Translations under genes and position numbers: made by a program
NCBI GenBank assembly: GCA_951406725.2
Contig: OX597816.1
Location: 56,296,001-56,360,000 of the forward strand
Source: Octopus vulgaris
Taxonomy: Eukaryota
DNA length: 64,000 bases
Direction: 5' to 3'
Notes under the pieces: generated by a model
Seen by the model: the letters and a program-made list of their open reading frames with translations, nothing else
Databases searched by the model: none
What the model was told of the DNA's origin: nothing
Shown: in pieces, positions 54,754-64,000 of the stretch
Position numbering within the stretch: position 1 is the first letter of the stretch
Layout of the letters: the number at the start of each line of letters is the position of its first letter

Positions 54754-56504
54754 GTTATTCTTATTATATAACAGAGACCATTATTACTAGCCGCCACTGC
54801 CTTTTATTGAAACTCTGCTGACCACCATCCTTAGATATGTTTCCGCAATAAAAGATTGATTTAATAAATAAAATTATTATTGAGTTCTCTCCCAATTATA
54901 ATTAATGTCTAATAATTTTGTGGCCATTTGTGTAAAACAGGAATCTCAAAATAAAAAAAATATATATATCGCTTTAATAATCAGTCTCTAGGGTGTTGTT
55001 TATGAGAATATCTGTTTCTTTAAACACAGTTTTGAGAATAAATCTTACAATATTATATTCTTATCAAACTAATCTATATTCTTGGTGAAGAAATTCCATT
55101 GTAATACATCGAAATGTAGAAAAAATACAAGACACCAATTTTCTTATGTTCCTCTGCTAAATTCAATAAATCTTGGTCTGAGTTTATTGTCTTGTGAAAA
55201 TCACTTGCAGCGTAACGGGGCGTGAAGATGGCGAGCTGGCAGAATCGTTAGCGCGCCGGGCGAAATGCCGCTAAGCATTTCATCCTTTCAGGGTCGTTTC
55301 ATCCTTTCAGGGTTAGAATAAAATAAGTACCAGTCGAATACTGGGGTTCATGTAATTGACTTAATTCTCCCCTGAAATTGCGAGCCAATATAGCGGAGCG
55401 TGCACCAACAACGATACAACGTGATCGCCCGACTTGCTAGAAATAGCAGCTAAATGTCAAATTAGTGTCTTAATCAAAAGAAAGATACATTGGATGGTTT
55501 ATACTTGGATTAAGTGCCGCTGCAACTTAAATACAAGAGAGTGGGTTATGAATCAATGACACACATTTTGGTGTTAGGCTCACTTTGAATGCGATCCTAC
55601 GAGCGGCACAACCAAATAATCTCTTCTACCGTAGCCTTGAGATAACCAAATACTTATGACTGAAATTGGTAGACAGAAACTGTGCGGAATACTGCTGGAA
55701 GGATTGTTCCTGCTCTTGAGGTGTCCTGATGTCCTTTTCTCACGGCTCCTGTGATTTGATTTTGACACCTCAGCCATAACTCTTTGCCTCTGACTCCTGT
55801 CGCCTGAGTTGGGCAGTTGTTTTTCCTTTTTTTTTTTTCACTTAATTCTTTGCCTACGACACCTGCGACCTATGGCGACTACGATCTATGTCTTTTACTT
55901 TCGAAATGTCCTCCCCTACATTTCCTGTCTGTGAAAAGTAAGTTCATATTTCAGTGTTGACCAACAAATTCTTTACCCTGACGTAAAACAATCAAATACA
56001 TTTAATAAACATGGCTGCAGAGGAGGTTAATCTGACATCGCATGTAATATTAAACTTGTTGGTTTCTAATTATTTCTGGTTGAGATTTGTCGTATTAATG
56101 AAGGATGCTGGCATCACTTTTGATCTTGTCAACCAAAAAGTATACACTTACACAAACATTATGGAAATTCACAGAATAATCTACACTTCCTCCACACACA
56201 CACGTACGCACACACGCACACATACACACACACTGATACATGTATGAATTTATTAAGAAGAGAGACACAACTGATATCTGTGTGTGTGTGTATTAAGGAC
56301 ATATATACATAAATAAATGAAATCTATGTATGCGTATCTGTATCTATTTATCTAAACAGAAACATATATATTCCAGCGTATGCATGTATGCATATGTGAT
56401 TATGTATATTGAGTATGATATATAAATATGTATTTACATCGTCGTCAAGGGATCCCATGTTGATTGAATATGTATTTACATATATTAAGGTGTACATATA
56501 TATA

Positions 56505-56561
<57 letters not shown>

Positions 56562-57715
56562 ACATATATATGAATATATACATGCATATATGGATACAAG
56601 ACATAACAAAATGAGAAACGAGAACATAAAAAGCAAAAACATAGAAAACGAACATTTTTTCGAGCAACGAAAGATACAAATAGAGAAACGAGACAGGCAA
56701 CATGAAGAACATTCCCTTCATCAGCTGTCACTTCTTTTAACGCGACTTCGTTAAAAGAGTCCTTCCCGCCAAGCAAATTAAATAAAATTTGGGATTTTTT
56801 GTGGAGGGTTAAAGTGGTAACAAAAACAAGACTTTAAGAATAAAACAGTAGAAACAAACGGTGAGAGCTGTTAAGCCATAACGAGGTGAAGTGGTAAACG
56901 CTGGATAAAACGAGCTTTTGAGGAGAGAGAGGCAAAAGCACGTCTTGTCTTTAGGAGGGAAGTGGAAGAAAGAAAGATGGATAGCCGTTGGTCACGAGTG
57001 AGCAACGAGAGTCAAGGATGAAGAGTGAGAGAGAGAAGGAACGGTGAAGGGGAGAGGAGAAGAATAGGGAAAGAGTGAGAGAGAAAACGTATTTATATAT
57101 ATATAAATTCAAAAACCAGAATAAGAACGTAACTGATGACAATGAAAACATACGGACAGATAGACGATACAAAGACGGGCAGGCAAAACAAGGACGGAAC
57201 ATTCGTATCTTTCTTTCCTCAGTCAAGCTTCCAATCATCATTACAGTTTTGGCCTGTTACACTTGAGACTGTTCAAAATTGGCAGGCCCCCACTAAAATT
57301 TAAGCTAAAGGAGCTAATATGGCCGACAACAAGGACAAAAAAAAAGAGAAAACGGAGAATATGTTACACGATTACAAATACAAAGAACAAGAACAACAGA
57401 TGTATTTCGGCTGATAAGGACGAATCAAGTTGAGCTGCTCTGTAAAGTGGAAGCCTTAAGGCACAAACATAGAGGGGAGGAGAGGGGGAAATAAGGTGTT
57501 ATGCGAGCGGCGGACAGGCCAAGAAAGAATGATCATGATTGGCTGAACCCTGATCACGTGGGAGGAAAAGAGAGAGATAGGAGGCAGAGGAATTGAAGAA
57601 TTAGGGAAGGAACTAGTGAGAAAGGGGGGACAGGGGGAAAAGTACAAGTGAGATAACAGAGGAAAGTAGAAAGATTAAAGAAAGAGAATGCCATATATAT
57701 GTGAGAGGGGGGTAA

Positions 57716-58111
57716 TCTTTATATATATAAAAGTGAAGTTGTGTGTCTGTCTCCTACGATTTAGATTCCTAACTACTCCCACATTTTGCGGTGCAGTTTA
57801 ATCAAAACCAGGTATCTTATAGTCGTGATTCATATCGAGCCCTTCTGGGTATTAGCGCGCGTCTACGCTGAGTCTACGATTTTAAATATAATTTACCATC
57901 ATTTTTTTCCATTTTAATGCATTTTTCGCTATTATATAAGGGAAGTAACTCTCTACAAATGTCTACGATGAGTCAACGATTTAAAAAAATTTACCATAAT
58001 TTTCTTTCCATTTTTAATGCATTTTTTGCTATTTTTTTGCTATAACTCTCTAAAAATGCTTATATAGTTATTCCCCTTACAAACCCGAGCAACGCCGGGC
58101 GATACTGCTAG
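57716..58111 (+). mobile_element. Complete ~400-bp non-autonomous Helitron
   Basis: A|TC 5' end, subterminal cccg..cggg hairpin, CTAG|T 3' end, no TSD. Confidence 0.85.
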
Positions 58112-58487
58112 TGGATAATAAAATGAATGGTTTACACCTGGTCGTTATGTATATGGCAAAGGAAAGACAGAAGACAATTGTCATGATTAATAAATTCTCG
58201 TATATTCCATGTTTCGTCTTTCATTTGCCATACACAAGACGCTTTATTTCACGTTGCTCCTGTCCTCTCAGCTGACAAAAATGAGTTGTACCTGTATTTC
58301 AAAGGGGTCGGCTTATCATGTATCTCTCTAAGAACTACGTTAAGGGTACGCACCTCTGCGGAGTGCTTAGCTACTTGCACGTTAATTTCACGGGCAGGCT
58401 GTTGCATCGATCGGATCAACTGAAACACTCGTCGTCGCCACCGACGGAGTGCTATTTATTTAACAATAAAACTGAGATATGAAGGCG

Positions 58488-59065
58488 AGGCGAGCTGGCA
58501 GAAACGTTAGCATGCCGGGCGAAACGCGTAGCCGTATTTCGTCTGCCGTTACGTTCTGAGTTCAAATTCCGCCGAGGTCGACTTTGCCTTTCATCCTTTC
58601 GGGGTCGATTAAATAAGTACCAGTTACGCACTAGGGTCGATATAATCGACTTAATCCGTTTGTCTGTCCTTGTTTGTCCCCTCTGTGTGTAGCCCCTTGT
58701 AGGCAGTAAAGAAATAGGTTTTCCGTCTGCCGTTACGTTCTGAGTTCAAATTCCGCCGAGGTCGACTTTGCCTTTCATCCTTTCGGGGTCGATTAAATAA
58801 GTACCAGTTACGCACTGCGTCGATATAATCGACTTAATCCGTTTGTCTGTCCTTATTTGTCCCCTCTGTGTGTAGCCCCTTGCGTGCAGTAAAGAAATTG
58901 GTATTTCGTCTGTCTTTATGTTTTGAGTTCAAGTTCTGCCATGGTCAACATTGCCTTTCATCCTATCGGGGTCGATAAATTAAGTACCACTTGCGTACTG
59001 GAGTCGATCTAATCGACTTGCCGTCTCCCCAAAAATTTCGGGCATCGTGCCTAGAGTAGAAAAGA
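58488..59065 (+). mobile_element. SINE family B with one head and three tandem ~180-bp bodies
   Basis: Head ggcgagctggcagaaacgttagc; body cgtctgccgttacgttctgagttcaaattcc...gtaaagaaat repeated at ~58540, ~58725, ~58907. Confidence 0.85.
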
Positions 59066-59539
59066 ATAAAACCGAGATATAATAGTTTTGAGCAGATGCT
59101 GCAGCGCCTGTGTGTGACAGTGAGCCGTCTCAGTTGCAAATGATTTCTCATTGTTGCTGCTGCTAACCTGTTGTTGTGGCGGTAGGGATGGTGGAAGCGA
59201 GTTCGAATGAAACTCGAGGCTAGTATGTATTCCTATCTTTCGATTAGTTTCTCAATAAATAATTAAATGTCAACAATTGCTGGGTAACTCCCACCTCTGC
59301 CTTCTTTGAATTTCATGTTATTACGGATGATATCTTCAGAACAATTCACCCAAAGAAATGTGTATTTACATAGATCCTGCCATTTTAGATGGCAGAATCT
59401 ATGTAAACATATCCAAAATGGCAAGATCTTTGAGGGAATTGTTCTGAAGATAGGTCTTTGCGCTCGATTTATTAAAGCTTTTAAAACTTTCGCTATTTCC
59501 TTTCGCATTTTCATTCATTTATTATTTTGGGGGGGGGGA

Positions 59540-59875
59540 GCACCAGTCGATTAGATCGACTCTAGTACGCAACTGGTACTTATTTAACCGACCCCGAAAG
59601 GATGAAAGGCAAAGTCAACCTCGGCAGAATTTGAACTCAGAACGTAGCGGCAGACGTAATACCTATTTCTTTATTACCCACATAGAGGGGACAAACATGG
59701 ACAGACAAACGGTTTAAGTCGATTATATCGACCCCAGTGCTAACTGGTTATCGACCCCGAAAGGATGAAAGGCAAAGTCGACCTCGGCGGAATTTGAACT
59801 CACAACGTAACGGCAGCCGAAATACCGCTAAGCATTTCGCCCGGCGTGCTAACTTTTCTACCAGCTCTTCGCCTT
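59540..59875 (-). mobile_element. SINE family B, tandem-body copy
   Basis: accccgaaaggatgaaaggcaaagtc twice; further minus copies at 60805-61020, 63560-63722, 63765-63955. Confidence 0.8.
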
Positions 59876-61110
59876 TTCATTTAATATTCTATTTCTGCAC
59901 TACAATGCTTCAAGCGAACTACAGCACTCTTCAATCACACATGTTATTAAGAATTCAAGGCGGTGAGGTGGTAAAATGGTTAGCGTGTCGGAGGAAATGC
60001 TTAACGACATTTCATTCCGATCTAAAGACCTTCCACCACTTTTTCTCCGCTGAAAGTTAGCCATAAGACAACGACGAAAAGGACAAAATGTTTGTCGTTA
60101 GGTGATGCAAGACCAGAAGAGACGTCTTAAGTATTGGAGGAAAGCAGCTGAACCGTTGGATGAGGGAATAATTAAGGAACATGTGTGTGAATAGATGTAT
60201 GTGAATAGAAGTATGCATCGGCACCAAGTTGTCGGTACTTACAAGTCGGTAGGAACCAATTAGCTTTCACAGGTAAGCAAATATTGAAGTGGATGTAAAT
60301 ATTGAAGTAGGAGGAGGATGAGCAGAAGGGGGAGGGGAGGGAAATGGGGGGATGGGTGAGGAGGGGAAGGAGGGAGGATGAGGAGGAGAAGGAGAAGGGG
60401 AAGAGGGGTGGCGGAGGAGAAGAAGAAGAAGAAGAAGAAGAAGAAGAAGAAGAAGAAGAAGAAGAAGAAGAAGAAGAAGAAGAAAGAAAGAAAGAAAAAG
60501 AGAGAGAATGAAAGAAGTTGAAGAATGATGAAGTTGAAAAGAAGGATCGTTAGTCTCATTCGGTGCCAAAATAGGAAAGCGTAAATCACGAAAGTATGGT
60601 TTATCAGGTGTTTGTGAAAGAAGTGAGGTTCCAGATGGGTTTGGTAAGACGGCCGTACATAATCACAGAAGTATTGGTCAGTTGAATCGGATACAATAAA
60701 GGACATAGAGATGGACACTGAGCTGAGTATCAAGTAGAACTGTCTGTATGCTGGCTGTGACCAAATTGAGAGTGTACGGAATAGATAACGGTTAACAGTA
60801 ATACATATTTCTTTACTACCCACAAGGGGCTACACACAGAGGGGACAAACAAGCACAGACAAACGGATTAAGTCGATCCCAGTGCGTAACTGGTACTTGA
60901 TTTATCGATCCCGAAAGGATGAAAGGCAAAGTCGACCTCGGCGGAATTTGAACTCAGAACGTAACGGCAGACGAAATACCGCTAAGCATTTCGCCCGGCG
61001 AGCTAACGATTCTGCCAGCTAAGCAAAGATGGCAAATGGCCTTGGCAGCGAGTTCGATATCAGGGGTCGAGAACTAAGGAATACATACATACATATGTGT
61101 GTGTGTGTGT

Positions 61111-61148
<38 letters not shown>

Positions 61149-61150
61149 CG

Positions 61151-61533
61151 GGGGCAATGGCTCAGTTGTTAGCGCAGTGGACTCGCGGTCGTAGGATCGC
61201 GTTTTCGATTCCCACACCAGGCGTTGTGAGTGTTTGTTGAGCGAAAACACTTGAAAGCTTCACAAAGCTCCACCAGGTTGTGGTGGGGGTGGCGAACCTT
61301 GCTGTACTCTTTCACCACAACTTTCTTTCACTCTTTCTTCCTGTTTCTGTTGTACCTGTATTTCGAAGGGCCAGCCTTGTCACACACTGTGTCACGCTGA
61401 ATCTCCCCGAGAACTACGTTAAGGGTGCACGTGTCTGTGGAGTGCTCAGCCACTTGCATGTTAATTTCACGAGCAGGCTGTTCCGTTGATTGGATCAACA
61501 AGAACCCTCGTCGTCGTAACCGACGGAATGCCA
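61151..61533 (+). mobile_element. Chimeric SINE: family C 5' half + family D 3' half
   Basis: C sequence to ctctttcttc (~61340), then ttgtacctgtatttc...ccctcgtcgtcgtaaccgacgga of family D. Confidence 0.75.
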
Positions 61534-61545
61534 CGACATTTACTT

Positions 61546-61576
<31 letters not shown>

Positions 61577-61623
61577 CGGGTTCAGTCCCACTGCGTGGCA
61601 CATTGATGTGTGAGTGCATATGC

Positions 61624-61692
<69 letters not shown>

Positions 61693-62167
61693 TGCAGCAA
61701 AATCAAGTTATTATAATAATTGTTTATCTTACAACTACCACCACCACCACTACTACTACTACTAGATTAAATAAACATGTTTACCGTTTTAATTAACGTA
61801 GTTGGTAATAATTGCAGCTTTTATCGCCGCCTTCTGTCTTTGGAGATTGGAACATCAACTAATACAAACATGTGTGTGGAGATGCATACATACAATCAAA
61901 GGCAAGTTTACAGGAGCACGCTAGTGTACACACACACACATATACACACTCACACATACATATATGTACACACACACACACATATATACATATATAACAA
62001 AATAATGAAGGTAGAAATTGATATTAATCAAATAAAAGCAGTAGCTTAGCATATTTAAAAAATCCGAAGATTAAAAATTATATTACATACAAAATTAAGA
62101 GGTGGTCATTCCTTTTAATTTTGTACATGTGTGTGTGTGTGTGTAGGTTGTAAATATGTGGAAAACC

Positions 62168-62292
62168 TTCGTTTCACATAGTTTAATATCTTTTTATTAA
62201 GAAAATGTTTTAAATATATATATACACATTTTATGGATATCGTGATATAAAACAACTTTCTTTATAAAAGATACTAAACTATGTGAAACGAA
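62168..62292. repeat. Inverted repeat (~45-bp arms)
   Basis: ttcgtttcacatagtttaatatcttttt / aaaagatactaaactatgtgaaacgaa. Confidence 0.8.
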
Positions 62293-62732
62293 TGCATTTT
62301 TTTCTTCCACTTTTATATATGTTTTCCATATATTTCCAACTCATAATTTTGCCACGTGGTATTTACTGAATCTCCAGTGTTTTTGCTCTCTTTACATATA
62401 TATACATTTATATATATTATGGAGATTTACTTGCATAGCAAGTGACCTAATCTGAGATCGTTAGCCAAAGGTAAAACAATTGCAGCGTGGAAGGTGTTTA
62501 TAAGCCATTTAAATATCACACAAAACCTTTAGATTCACTTCAAAATTTAAATTTAATTTGTCAAAATATCTTCATTGCTTTGAAGCAACGACCTGTTCAC
62601 TGACGAAATTCCGTTGTTTATATATATATAAATATAAGTTCAGCAAAATTTAGATTCAGATGAATATGGTACTTAAGTTAAAGGCACCAGAATTTTGTAT
62701 GGCATTATCCATATAAATCAAATGGGAGTGAT

Positions 62733-63242
62733 TATAATCAAAATAAGCAACAAGGATATCCAAGGTAGAGTAATACAATTGTTTCATGCTACTTCATTTT
62801 ATTAAACACTGTAAGTATTACATCAGTTTTAAAATGTCGAGCAATCTTCAGCTACTTATAGAATTTTCTAATTGAAGTACAAACGACATTTGTACTACTC
62901 CTTCCTATATCTATAAATAGAAAAAAATTCTTGTTTGTCTCCATTCAACCAAGAATAAAACCTCCTCTCCACTGACAGATCTAAATAACAAAGTGAACTC
63001 AATGATAAAATCTACAGACGGAAAGTGAACATACTACTATCATGTTCTTAAGAATGAAATCAGCCTCTCTGAAATAGGGATAAGAATGTGCGTTGTCCGT
63101 TTAATTGGAAATTTCTATATGTGGCTGAAATTGCTCGACATTTTAAAACTGATGTAATACTTGCAGTGTTTATTAAAATGAAGTAGCATGAAACAGTTGT
63201 ACTAGTTTACCTTGGATATACTTGTTGCTTATTTTGATTATA
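62733..63242. mobile_element. Inverted pair of ~140-bp pLTR-like repeats carrying a hammerhead-like motif
   Basis: Arms 62733-62873 and 63103-63242. Left arm (-): agtag-CTGAAGA-ttgct...agcat-GAAAC-AATT-GTA-ttact. Confidence 0.7.
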
Positions 63243-64000
63243 TATATATACAGAGTACATATATTCTGGCATACTCCTCTGTATGTGTTTGTGTGTGTGT
63301 GTGTGTGAGTGTTCATAATATTTGTACCCAGAATCGTGTGCAGAAAGGAAAGCTCATATGTATTCCGGTGTAAAAGGGTGGAAAATACATTGTGCTGCTT
63401 AAGATTGCTATATGTTGAAGTGATGGTTTCCATCTAGCATATCATGCTATGGGGATTAAGGGCTTTGCCTTTCGTCACGGCACAATAGCGTGCCACGAAA
63501 TGTAGCTAGGTGCACTGCAGAAATATTCGCAGAATTATTGGCTTCAAATTTTGAGAGGAGAGTTTAAGTCGATTACACTGTACTCAGTGCTCAACTGGCA
63601 TCGACCCCGAAAGGATGAAAGGCAAAGTTAACCTCGACAGCATTTGAACTCAGAACATAAAGCCGGACGGAATGCCGCTAAGCATTTAGCTCTGCGTGTT
63701 ACCGATTCTGCCAACTCGTTGCCTTGCGTTATTAGCTTCAATTTTTGGCACAAGGCCAGCAACGCCGGGGGATGAGGCAGACGATTACATCACCCCCACC
63801 CCCAGTATTCTTCTGGTACTTATATTTTAGCGATCTCGAAATGATGAAACGCAAAGTCGACGTCGGTGACGTTTGAATTCAGAACGTACAGACGGACGAA
63901 ATACTGCTTAGCATTTCGTTCGGGGCACTAACACAGTTCTACCAGTTTCGCCGTTTTACATTACACAAATATAAAATTATATCTTTAGAAATCTGATAAA

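Noticed and set aside
56700-56760. Hammerhead at CTGATGAAGGGAA (minus)
   Set aside because: No GAAA after the hairpin and no workable permuted fold

Overview
AT-rich, microsatellite-saturated eukaryotic non-coding DNA. The SINE/microsatellite make-up resembles an octopus (coleoid cephalopod) genome; this is inference. No host protein-coding exon could be supported, and most ORF-track entries are artefacts of (TA)n/(CA)n/(TACA)n/trinucleotide runs. All real coding signal is transposon-derived: a frameshifted, 5'-truncated CR1/L2-type LINE ORF2 (51427-53985) plus smaller copies; a Penelope-like element (PLE; RT YVDD + GIY-YIG) with an inverted pseudo-LTR (41860-44094); a 2-kb head-to-head PLE foldback (22750-24800); decayed PLE ORFs; an R4/Dong-like RLE fragment; maT/mariner relics; non-autonomous Helitrons; and at least four tRNA-headed SINE families. 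The main unexplained structure is about 14 minimal type-I hammerhead-ribozyme-like motifs, mostly in short PLE-type cassettes beside (TA)n tracts. They include apparent core variants: a CUG(U/C)NGA family, U3:A8 and G3:C8 swaps of the 3-8 pair, and A9C. Also notable are a LINE/SINE shared 3' stem-loop with different stem sequence, and a SINE whose internal microsatellite hosts nested insertions. All structures were read by eye and coordinates are approximate.
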